Assembly (NCBI RefSeq): GCF_009914755.1
Contig: NC_060942.1
DNA: 64,000 bases
Reading direction: 5' to 3' (one strand)
From: the human T2T-CHM13v2.0 reference genome, Homo sapiens
The position numbers and the translations under genes were made by a program. Below, piece after piece: positions 52,795 to 64,000 of the stretch; the stretch's first letter is position 1, and every line of letters starts with the position of its first letter. Below the pieces are notes generated by a model. That model worked only from the letters and a program-made list of their open reading frames with translations. It was not told where the DNA came from and made no database searches.

Positions 52795-53706
52795 ATATTA
52801 TTTATTGTGCATAACAAGTTATCCATGATTTAGCAGCTTAAAATATCACACATGTATTTTTTCACAGATTCTGTGGATCAGGAATCTGGGTGTGACATAC
52901 TTGCATGGGTCTTTGGTTTCAGGGTCACCCACAAGGCTGCAATCAAGATTTTGGCTGCCACAGTCATCTCAAAATTCTATAGGGGCAGAATCAGCTTTCA
53001 AGCTCTCTAGGTGGTTGTTGATAGGATTGTATCTTTCAGGCTGTTGGACCGAGTTACTTGCTGGCCACTGATGGAAGCTTTTCTCATTTACTTGCCACTT
53101 GGACAAGGACAGCCCAAAACACAGCAGCTGGCTTCATCACAATGAGCAAGAGAAGCTCCAACAAGATAGAAATCATAGTCTTTTATAATCTAATATGAGA
53201 AGTGGCATCACAACACTTCTGCAGTATTCTGTTTATTAGACGCAAGACACTAGGTGTATTAGTCCATTTTCACACTGCTATAAAGAACTACCTGAGACTG
53301 GCTAGTTTACAAAGAAAAGAGGTTAAATTGCCTCACCATTCCACATGGCTGTGGAGGCCTCAGGAAAGTTACAGTTACAGCAGAAGGGGAAGAGGCACGT
53401 CTTACATGGTGGCAGGAGAGAGAGAAGGCGAAGGGGGAACAGCCACACACTTTTAAACCATCAGATCTTGTGAGAACTCACTCAGTATTACAAGAACAGC
53501 ATAGGGGAAAACTGCCCCCATGATCCAGTCACCTCCCATCAGGTCCCTTCCCTAACTCATGGGGATTACAATTCGACATGAGATTTGGGTGGGGATACAG
53601 AGCCAAACCATATCACTAGGTCCAGCCCATACTCAACTAGTGATTACCCAAGGGTACACTCAGAGGCAGGGATCACTGGGAGCCATTTGATTAGCCTTCC
53701 ATCACA
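52795..53706 (-). mobile_element. MLT1 (E/F-like) LTR split by a THE1 insertion
   Basis: tcacagattctgtggatcaggaatctggg, acaaggctgcaatcaag; resumes after 53620 with tccagcccatactcaa...gggatcactgggagcca...ccatcaca. Confidence 0.8.
53255..53615 (-). mobile_element. THE1D-like MaLR solo LTR
   Basis: tgtattagtccattttcacactgctataaagaactacctgagactgg...gagatttgggtggggatacagagccaaaccatatca; perfect 5-bp TSD ctagg. Confidence 0.95.
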
Positions 53707-54353
53707 ATTATTTACATATTTAAAATTTAAAAATTATTTATCTATCTCTAAATATAATGTATTGTCAACTTTTGCAAGTTTGACCTGTCAACAATTCTGA
53801 CCTCACTGAACTATGATCAATATTACAATGGGTAACTGTAAGGGTGTGGTTTCTGTTTTGGTTTTATTTTGTTTGGGTTGTTTTGCACCTCACAAACACC
53901 AGAGCTAGCTGAATCATACCTTCTGCATTATGATCAGTGTATATCAAATTGCAAAACCACTTGGAAAATATTTTTTAAATTTATCCCAAATCAGGTGAAA
54001 TAGAAGTGTTCCTTTGCATTCTAAACTTGCTTGCATACAGCAGTTCTTTAGATATATCAAGTGTCATTTATGGCAAGAATGAAAAACATATAAATATTAA
54101 TGTGATTCCAGAGCAGGATACACACATGAAGACTTAAGTTGAAGCATATGAAAAGCAAATTCTATAATATGACTGCTTCATTTAGTAAAATTTTTATGAG
54201 AAAGGTGTAAAATAGAAGTTATAACTTTTGGTAATTATATGAAATTTAAATTTCTGCTTCTATTCTATTAATTATTAAATTTCTGCATTTTACTAATTCC
54301 ATAAAATATACTGCTAACAATATAGTATTACATAAATTAGAGAAAAAATTTGG

Positions 54354-54390
54354 ATATATATATATATACACACACACACACATATATATG
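54354..54390. repeat. (TA)n(CA)n microsatellite
   Basis: Read directly. Confidence 0.85.
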
Positions 54391-55137
54391 TGATGAATTT
54401 TTTTAAAACAGAGATTGACATGGCTGGCTGTCTTATTGGCACTTTAAATAATGTTTCAATTATTATGTTTTCCACTATTCATTTACTTCTCAGAAACAAA
54501 TCATATGGTCTTCTTTAATGACCATATAGAGGATATTAGGTTATATGAAGCCTAATGGAAAGTTTTGAATTTAAATATTATGAAATATATGTGTATATAT
54601 TTAATAGTTTAGACACTTCTGTTGATTTACATGTATATAAACCTTATATGCTTTAGAAATCTACAGATTTTTAGGAAAAGTGTGATTGATTTTACCCTTT
54701 TTCTCTTTTGACATTGTTTTAATCATTCTTGGCTTTCAGCAGTTTGCCACCTTTCCTAGAGGGTAGCGTTCCTATATTTCCACCACATCCCAGGGAAACA
54801 GAAATGCTCTTCGAAGGATACAATTGCTGATGAAATAGTTCATGGCAATTGGGAATGAAAGGATTATATGGAGAACAAGAAAAATGCCAGAGGTCTACGT
54901 GTAAATTCATTAGCCAGTAAGAACATTATCATAAGACTTCTAAAGTTGATGTCCTTCATTACATAAGTCTATTTTATGTCATGCTACATTGAAAAGGTAA
55001 ACACTAGAAAAAAATTGTATTAAAAATAATCACGGTCTTTTTCTTGTTTAGAATCCTTTGGCTTTCATTATGTTTTTACTAAGATGTAAGTTGCAATATT
55101 TTATTAATGTACTACATCATCCCTAGTTAGACTCTAC

Positions 55138-55201
55138 TTATAACTTTGATTTTTAAAAAATCAAAGTTATAAAAAAATCAAAAACTTTGATTTTTAAAAA
55201 A
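55138..55201. repeat. Perfect 35-bp palindrome overlapping a 19-bp direct repeat
   Basis: ttataactttgattttt-a-aaaaatcaaagttataa; aactttgatttttaaaaaa at 55142 and 55183. Confidence 0.95.
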
Positions 55202-55510
55202 GCTCAATCAAATCAAAACATCAGATTGCTACTCAAAGGATTCTATGTCTACAACTGTTAACAGCTAAATGAACTTACTGTATCAATATCAGTTTTGGTT
55301 TTCTTTTTATAGGTATGTAGGTAGCATGACCCATACTACCAGCCTGCCATACAAATACTGTAATAACTTTGATTTCTCTAACTGTTGTTGTCACCATTGC
55401 TCCAACTGATCAGGAAATCTTGTACCTTCTTCTTCAAGATCCTTCCTGATCCATAACTTAACCTCTGTTAAAGACCGAAAATCAAGGTGTTGAACTATTC
55501 GGTACCTGAT

Positions 55511-55594
55511 CCAGAACTGTGAGAAAATAAACCTCTTTGTTTAAGCCACCCAGTCTATGGTATTTTGTTATGGCAGCCCTAGCACACGAAAGCA
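55511..55594 (+). mobile_element. MLT1 LTR 3' fragment
   Basis: ccagaactgtgagaaaataaac...tttaagccacccagtctatggtattttgttatggcagccctagca. Confidence 0.85.
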
Positions 55595-55853
55595 GCCCCT
55601 GTCATTTCACTTAGTTCACAGGCATGCCCTCAACTTCCTAACTAGAATATCCAAAACTAGAGAGGGAAATAAGTTACTTTCGTCTTTCCTTCTGTGCTGC
55701 CATTGAATTCTTTATTGGAGCTGGTACAATAAGGACAACCTTATTGGTAAGTCTGAATTGGTAAGTCTAGTTTAGTGGTTGAGTATAGGACAGCTCTTGG
55801 TTCACAGCTATCATGATGACCTGGGTAGCAATGCCCTAAAGATTGCAGTGGTG

Positions 55854-56237
<384 letters not shown>

Positions 56238-56493
56238 TTAGAGATGCATTTTCAGCAATTTTTCTTATTCTATAACTGCTGCACTGGGGTATCTGAGACA
56301 GGAGGTTCTTTGAAAAGGGAAGTAGCACTACTAAATGAACAATTAAGCCTTGGTAGTATTGCACCCAGGTCACTAGTCCAGACCCTCTCCTTTTCCCCAT
56401 GCATTTCTTGTCATTGTTTTTTCTACCTCACAGTCATGGTGAGAAGTATAAAGAAGAATAAAGCATACCTGTTGTTAAAAAATGGAACTTAAA

Positions 56494-56646
56494 TTTTTTT
56501 TTAGAAACAGAATTTTTTCTGTTGTTCACACTGGAGTGCAGTAACATGATTATAGCTCACTGTAGCCTTAATCTCTGGCTCAAGTGATACCTCTGCCTCA
56601 GCCTCTGGAATTGCTGGGACTACAGGTGTGAACCACCATGCCCACT
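56494..56646 (-). mobile_element. Alu monomer (FRAM/FAM or AluJ right arm)
   Basis: Poly-T, then ctggagtgcagt...atagctcactgtagcc...gctgggactacaggtgtgaaccaccatgccc. Confidence 0.85.
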
Positions 56647-57981
56647 CTGAATTTATTTATATTTTCAATGAGATAATCAGTGACCGATGCTCAGATAATT
56701 TTTGAAAACATGCAAAATATATGTGTATGAGTATATATGTGTTTTATATGTACATATAGATAGTTAAAATACATGTAAATTTTACAACACTCAGTAATCA
56801 TAGAATGGCTGGATATTTTTGGACGTAAGGGAAGATATCAGGACAGTGATTTAAATGAATCTACTTCCTAGGTAGAAACTTGATTGCATTAAAAGGATTT
56901 TAAAGATGTAGATCTATCAAATTACTCAAGAGATACACTTCAGAGAACAATCAATGGAGAAGTAAAACTATTAGGGAGGTGGAGTATACTAAAACAACGC
57001 GCGCAATAATTATTTCTTGAATGAAAATGAATTTGACTTATACCTTTCTGGGAATATCCTATCACTACCAAGTTAAATAATACTTAATAGTGTGTTTGAA
57101 GAACTATGAGTTCTTAATTTCTAATTCTGGTCTATCTGGCGTAGACTAAAATATAAATGTCAATCAGAAAATGGAGTGAGAAAATGATGTGGAAATTCAC
57201 ATGTCATTTGATATCAGTGAACACAGAATTACCACTGTGAGGAATTTAAATAAACCAAGCTGGACATTCAAAGATTGAATGAGCCTAGAAGTCATATTCA
57301 TATTTCATTACATTTGTGTTTGATTTTAGCAAGTGGATGGATTTTTACAGGATTATCTTCAAAGCAGCTCTGCATGTGGACTTCTGAGCCTTACTGATCT
57401 TTATAAAGATCCAACTTCTAAAATTTTTCATAGTGAAATTGGGGTAAAAATTTTTACTCTATCAATTTACTCAGCTGTGAAATGGGATTTTTGTATGGAT
57501 GTCTCAGAATTATGTTGAGCATTATGTAGCATAAGTTTATGCCTTAGTAGAATCCTAGAAAACAAGAATTATTAGTTGATATCAGGAATACTACCTTATT
57601 GCGTCTGATGTTTGTTTCTGAAATAAAGAGACACACGTTAATGCTTCAAGTCAGTATGTGACTGTTCCCTCACTCATTCTCTTGACTCTGGAGCACCCCT
57701 TTGGTTTGTACCTTCATACTATATGTTTTTCAAGGCCTGGCTGCCATTCGAGCCTGCGTTTCATGGCTGAACTGGTAGTCTAATTTAGAGGTTCAGTATT
57801 AGATAGTCCATTTTTGCATTGAATTATACCATCTCCTCCAATTAAGGGTTTGTCACTAATCACGGTATTTTAATCTTTATTTTCCTGTTGTCTTGATCTT
57901 TTAATCACTTCCACACTCACTTGTGAGAAAGGTGCTAATTTTGGGGCCCTTCAAACACCAACTTTAATACTAATACTAATA

Positions 57982-58190
57982 CAGTCATGCACCATATAAT
58001 GGCGTTTTGGTCAATAAGGAACCACGACTATTCTCTCATAAGATTATAATGGCTATACCATATAGTCCAGATGTGTAGTAGGCTATACCACCTAGATCTG
58101 TGTAAATATACTCTATGTTTGCACAACCACGAAATTGCTTGAAAACACTTTTCTTTGAATGTATGCCTGTCATTAAGTGATGCATGAGTA
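57982..58190 (+). mobile_element. Tigger3 (GOLEM/MER7) deletion derivative
   Basis: TA-flanked TIRs cagtcatgcaccatataatggcgttttggtcaa / gtcattaagtgatgcatga; internal cataagattataat and gtgtagtaggctatacca. Confidence 0.88.
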
Positions 58191-58274
58191 TACTTGTATT
58201 CTTTCTTCTCATATAGATTAAGGAACAGAGGATTCAAATCAATACCTAAACACACAAACACATGTTTGTGTGCA

Positions 58275-59057
58275 TATTTTCTCCTTGTTATTGATAGATT
58301 CTGTGTTTGTGAATTCTGATACTCCATAAAATTTATTTGTAACCCAAAAATCAATACTTACACTGATTTTATGTTATTCACTAACATGCATATAGAGTAG
58401 TAAAAATTTTGAGTGAGTTGCCTAAGGAATATATTCCCAGCTGAGGTTGAGCAAGGTGATGCTCTGTCTTTCATATCAGCTCTTGTACTGATATAAAAGT
58501 GTGTCTTTTTATAATCTATTTAGTGCCACATTTTGCGGGTTTTTTTCTTTTTTTGGTGGTTTTGTTTAATGCGAGCCCCAAGCACAGTGTTGAAGTTTTG
58601 TCTAGTGTTCCTAAGTGCAAGAAGCCTTTGATCCTTGTGGAAAAAATACACAGGCTTCCCGGGTCACAATGGTTTAACTTACAATGGATTTATCAGGATA
58701 TTAAATGCAATTTCCACTTATAATTTTGACTTACCATGGCTTTATCTGGACATAACTCCTTTACAAGTTGAGGAGCATTTATATGTATGTTAAATAAGGT
58801 TCATCAGGCACGAGTTATAGCGCTGTTTTGCTGTAAATTCAATGTTAATGAATTAACAATATATATTAAATAAGGTATCTTTAAGTAGAAATACACATAA
58901 AACAAAGTTATTGGTTTGTTGATAAAATGTTGTGGCAAGATGCTTATGGGAACCTCATCATGTATTTCTGCCAGGAGTAATGATTCGGTATTCCCTAATT
59001 CAGTATTTGCATTGATTTTATAAAACATAATTACCATGAATAATGAGAATCAACTGT
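58275..59057 (+). mobile_element. MER82-like TcMar-Tigger element (interrupted)
   Basis: taaaatttatttgtaacccaaaaatcaatact, ttcccagctgaggttgagcaagg and ctatttagtgccac; ends aataatgagaatcaactg followed by TA. Confidence 0.8.
58649..58781 (-). mobile_element. MER47/Tigger5-like MITE nested in the MER82-like element
   Basis: The reverse complement starts aatgctcctcaacttgtaaaggagttatgtccagataaagccatggtaagtc. TA-flanked; host sequence is continuous across it. Confidence 0.75.
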
Positions 59058-59094
59058 ATATGCATATAAAACAAAATTTGAGACAGCTTTCTAC

Positions 59095-59245
59095 TTTCAT
59101 ATCCAAAACAGCCAGATTTCAAATCCAATGCTGCTACTTACCAGGTGTTTAATTTTTAGAAGTCAATTTATCTCCCTTTCCTTTATTTCTATTATATTTA
59201 AAATGGTGCAATAATACCTTCTAAGTTTCTGTGGATATATTCAAG
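59095..59245 (+). mobile_element. MIR
   Basis: gatttcaaatccaatgctgctacttaccaggtgt...aaaatggtgcaataatacct. Confidence 0.65.
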
Positions 59246-60344
59246 GTGCACCAGAATATACAAAATACTAGAACACTATATCCACATCCTTGACCCTTTG
59301 AATAAGTAGAGATTCATCATTCTTTATAGACTGACCATGTGATATTTCTAATGCTTCTAAATGATTCAGAACTAAATGGGAATTCTTTCCAACTAAGGGA
59401 AAATAGAGTTCAATTCTCTCGAAAAGAGCAGGGAGGTGCCAGCCCTGTGCAACCAACGTAGGTTTAAGGAGGACTTATCCCAGAGGAACACAGACTCATA
59501 TGGAAGATGAATCTGATGTCCTTTTTCCTTTCTTCTCAGGAACTATGAAGTTTAGCTCTCAGTTAATTAAGTAAAATAAAAATATCTCCAAATTCCTTGT
59601 CTTAAGTGAAAAACATTGTGATTTCTCTAAATGAAACTAAAGAAGAACAGTGTAGCAATTTAACTTATGTAGATCTGACGAAGACAATTTACTTCCCATC
59701 ATCTGACTGGCTTTATTAATCTCTCTGAGATACCCTTTTCTTTAGTTGCTGGGTCTGGGTCTGGGTTTTCCTGTCACTCATAAATGTAGTCAGATAAAAG
59801 TATAGAATGGTCAGAGCTCTTGATAACGAGATAATGTGCCTGACAATGGTTTGCAACAGAATGACTCCGAAATGGTTTTTGTAAAGTCACATTTTACAGT
59901 TCATGATCACTTATCCACCTGGACAGCAAATCATTCTTATTTGGTGGGATCTTGACAGATCTCAGAAACATCACAGATAGGAACCAGGATTTTTACAAAC
60001 TAAAAAGGTTTATTTTGGACTGTGCAAAATCACCAAGGGGACATAAGGACACTTAGTTGGATGGCAAAGGTGCTAGGAGATAATTTCACATGCAAAAAAC
60101 ACAGAGAAAAGCATCTTAGGATAAAAGATGAGCCTTTGTCTTCCATTGAAAAGTAAGTCTCCTTCTACCTTTGATGACAAGAACCAAAACTAGTTTCTAC
60201 GATAAAATGTACCTTTTATGCCATTGTGTCTCTATAAAAAGGGAGAAATACATTTTGCTTATAAGGGTATTTTATTTGAACTGTCGTAACTCTAGTTTTG
60301 TATTGTTTTTCAAGAAACACGTAGAATTTCAGTTTAGGAAGGAC

Positions 60345-60880
60345 TTAAGCTCCTGTGCATTGCTGGTGGGAATGAAATATACCAACTCTACAGCAACATT
60401 ACATTTGCATTTGGCTTTGACCTAGGGGTTCTACTTCTGGGAACACATCATGTACATATACATGACTATGGGAGATGATTTATAAACACTCAAATATTCA
60501 CTGCAACATTGCTACGGCAAACAGTTAAGGGGAAAAACAAAACAAACACAAAAACCCTAAGTATCCATTTATCAGAGATTGGTTAAATAAACACTGAAAT
60601 ACTATGCAGCTATAGAAAAAAATGGCAAACCATTACATTTCTAGGACATTCTTAATTGAAAATTTCAAGGTAAAATACAGTTTATATAGTATGAGACCTC
60701 TTGAATTAAAAAACGAGCATGCATTCATATTTGCTTGCTTTACATGTAAGAATTGCATGGAAACCTATATAAGAAACTAATAAACGGTGTTACCTACACA
60801 TTTTTAAGAAAATTCCCACTTCTTTATAATTTTATTGTTCTTGTTCAAGTATAGAAATTTAAAAAATACATTTAAAAGAA
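60345..60880 (+). mobile_element. L1ME-like 3' fragment
   Basis: cattgctggtgggaatg, ctttgacctag...tacttctgggaa and ttggttaaataaac...aatactatgcagctat. Confidence 0.75.
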
Positions 60881-61959
60881 AGAGAAAGGGAAAGGCAAAA
60901 AAGGGAGCTGATGCATTGGCTAGACTAGCTTCATATTTACAACGAATGAAATTGAGGACCAACATAGATAACTTATATGAGTGTGCATATCCTTCATCCC
61001 AATTGGAATTCTGAGCCCTTTAGAGAAAGATTATATTCATATGTCTTTATATTTCTAGTGGTCTTTAATTCAGTGCTTTTATTCAATAAACAATAGTTGA
61101 TTGATTGTCATTTAAAAATATGCTGACAGCTTATTTCAATTGTTCATATCTTAAAATATTCTAACACATTAAATATCTCTGTAAAATGTCTTTTAATGAT
61201 TGACAAGCATTCTTAATCAATACCGCTTATAATGGACTTATTAAGATCAGGCATGGTTGGGTTCCATTTTGACACATTTGACTAATACCTTTTTTATCCA
61301 CTGTACTGATTTTTAAGCTGCAGCAATCTTAATGGCATGTCTGATTCACCTTTTCTCTGGCTTAATGCAGCATCAAATAGAGGACATAATGAGGGAAAAT
61401 GTATTTGAGGGTACAAATGAGCCCCTAAATTATTCCATTCTATGACATTTGGTAGTTAAAATCTGTTCCAATTAAACTCTTTTGAGATAGTAATTTATGG
61501 TAAAAAGACTGTGAATATTCAAAAATAGTTAAATGCTCAGAAGCTTTATTCTAATAATAAAAGCATAAATGTCTACAAAGATTTCAGAACATAACTACTT
61601 GAAGTGAATCTGCCCATGGTAGGGCTTATTAGTCACACTAAGATTGAAAAGAATATTTATACTTTAAAAAATATTGCTAAATTATATATTAAACAACCAA
61701 GCTCTTTGGCTTTTGTGGGATAGTTAGATGATATTTTTATACAAATAAATATGAGTATGGTTGAAAGATTTAGCAAAGTTTCAAACATTTTCAAAGTTTA
61801 CATAAGATTTTTTTATACACATTTACATTTATTTATTCAAATAATGTTTCCTATGGATTATGTATAACTATTTTGCCAGAATGGACAGTTTTGCTTAGTG
61901 GAAATACGACTAAATAAGATAAGGTTGAAATTGTTTTATTAGTTTCAGAAAAAGCTTAG

Positions 61960-62085
61960 ATCCACATTGGAGTGAGATTATGTAATATTTGATTTTCTGT
62001 TCCTGGTTTATTTCACTTAATGTCCTCCAGGATCATCCATGTTGTCACAAATGACAAGATTGGCTGAATAGTACAATTACTATGT
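61960..62085 (-). mobile_element. L1MA 3'UTR fragment
   Basis: gtgagattatgtaatatttg...ttatttcacttaatgtcctccaggatcatccatgttgtcacaaatgacaagatt. Confidence 0.8.
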
Positions 62086-62184
62086 ATACATTTTAAAAAA
62101 GGAAAAAAGAAAATGGTTTAGAGCTGTAGTTTCCAAAATGAGCTCCATGAAGTGTTAAGTGTATGTGAACTCCTCATATATTGA

Positions 62185-62700
62185 GTCAATGTCTTCTCAG
62201 CACCTGCTATGTGCCTGACAAGAAATGAAACAAAGTGATCACCTTGTGAATGTAATGTTCTGTTAAGGGACTCAGATCTCAAAGTAACACATATATATAA
62301 TATGTCAAATTATGATAAGTACTAGGAAGAACTAGCCTAGGAGGATAGATCACAATGGTATGAGGGATGCCATTTTATACAGGATATTCTGAGAAGGCCT
62401 TTCACATAAGAGGTTATTTGAGCAGAGATGTAACGCAAGATGAAGGAGCCGTGGGGCTATCAAGTAACTAAGAAGAGCAAACTCAAAGACAAGGAGGTGT
62501 TGATGTCCTTGGTAAATTGTAGGGAGGTCAAAGAGTCCAGTGTGGCTTGAGAGGAAAGGAGAAAGATAGATGATGAAGCCAAAGATGTTTGGAGTGTGGG
62601 AGGCTTACTGACATGGCAAGGACTTTGGTGTTTGTTTTGAAAGAGGAGGGTTGTCAATGGAGGATTGAGAACAAAGAAGTAAAGTGTCATTCAATGATCA
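62185..62700 (-). mobile_element. L2 3' region
   Basis: agcacctgctatgtgcctgaca, gagaaggcctt...atttgagcagag, ccagtgtggct and aaggactttgg. Confidence 0.75.
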
Positions 62701-63139
62701 CTAGTCATTATTATGTGTAATTTCAAAGTGTTAATTTTATATTAAATACATATTAAAATGTATATAACATATGTATTATTGGACCTATTGGATATTTATT
62801 ACAAATTAAACAAGCATCAAATTTTGAACATTTTTCTTAGCAATTAAATTCCATATCCATATTATACTCCCTACTTACGTTTTATAAATACATTGTACAT
62901 TTCAAGGTATATCAGGAAAAAATCTATTTGTGAAAGTCTGATCAAGAGAAATGACTTGATTCTTTCACTGAGCATCTACAATTTACCAGGTATAAGCTTA
63001 AGGATAGAATTCAGAGAAGAAAAGCGTGTGAACTTATGTTCAATTTGCTTATTTTTTTTTTCAGGTAAACAGGATTTTTGAAATGTAAAAATATATGATA
63101 GAGTTTGAGGAAAAATAGATTAAGTACGTACAAGTTATA

Positions 63140-63900
63140 AGGACAACTCTAAGTATTAACAGGTTGGCAAAGTCCCAATTGAGAAAATTTCATGGAACAG
63201 TTTCTACAGATATGATGCATGAGCTGAGTTTTGAAAAGCAAATGGGAGTTTTAGGGGTAGACAAACTGGGTGAGTGCATTAAAGTAGTAGGAATGGCCTA
63301 TGCAATTATATTGATTTGCAAATCAGGAGAGCTCTAAGTAGCTGCATTCCAACATTCAGTTTGCTCTTTCATCTATTAAGTGTAAAGCAGCTTGGAAAAA
63401 TACAGTAGGGAGTGGTGGGACCTATGATGAACTGGAAGGTTTAAAATCATCTTAAATAAGTATAAATATATTTATTATGCCATACATACACACACACTCT
63501 CTGTGCATACATGCACATATATACACTTTGCAATAACCAGATGGAATGCATCATTAGGCCAGATTTATTATATTTGCTAATTTGTGTCATCAATTTTGGT
63601 GTAAAGTTTGAGGAAAGTAGTAGCTAGTAATAGATTGGTAGGCAATTTAGGTTACTCTATTATGATAGTTCAGTGAAAGATGACAAATTTACAGATGTAG
63701 TAGTAAGAATATTGAATATTTTTGCATCATCATTGAGGTAAAAAAGACAGAATTTGCTGAGTGATATATGTAGGACAGGATGAATATGGAGAAATATAGA
63801 GTGAGTTTTTTTATTTAGAGGCATAGGAGGGTGTGACAACAGCAACAATCACCGAGCTAGGGGAGAAAGATCAGTGTTAGGAAGAATTAATGTGAGACTT
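63140..63900 (-). mobile_element. Diverged L2 fragments
   Basis: tgagctgagttttgaaa and agacagaatttgctgagtga...ggatg...caatcaccgagctagggga resemble antisense L2. Confidence 0.5.
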
Positions 63901-64000
63901 GCTGTCTCCTGTCTGCTTCCAGAATTCACAAATCTTTTCCTAGATCTTTGAATATTAAATTTGATTTTATAACATTTGTATGATAAGAGAAAATATATGT

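Overview
This window is AT-rich, CpG-depleted primate (very probably human) non-coding DNA, either intergenic or deep intronic. I found no protein-coding gene, RNA gene, CpG island, CRISPR array or prokaryotic system. The supplied ORFs are repeat-derived or chance ORFs. Much of the window is recognisable interspersed repeat: Alu (J, S, Y-type and a monomer), L1 (L1PA/PB/M), L2, MIR, MaLR/ERVL/ERV1 solo LTRs and DNA-transposon relics (MADE1, MER53, MER5, Tigger3, MER82, MER47), plus microsatellites. Subfamily names come from recalled consensus motifs, not an alignment, and boundaries of old repeats are approximate. I did not find a new biological system. The points most worth a second look are: an L1PB4-like insertion with a ~590-bp internal duplication inside one target-site duplication (TSD); a template-switch-like perfect palindrome; unusual Alu and L1 junctions; two hairpin MITEs; several repeat-free, motif-rich candidate enhancers; and candidate recursive-splice motifs.
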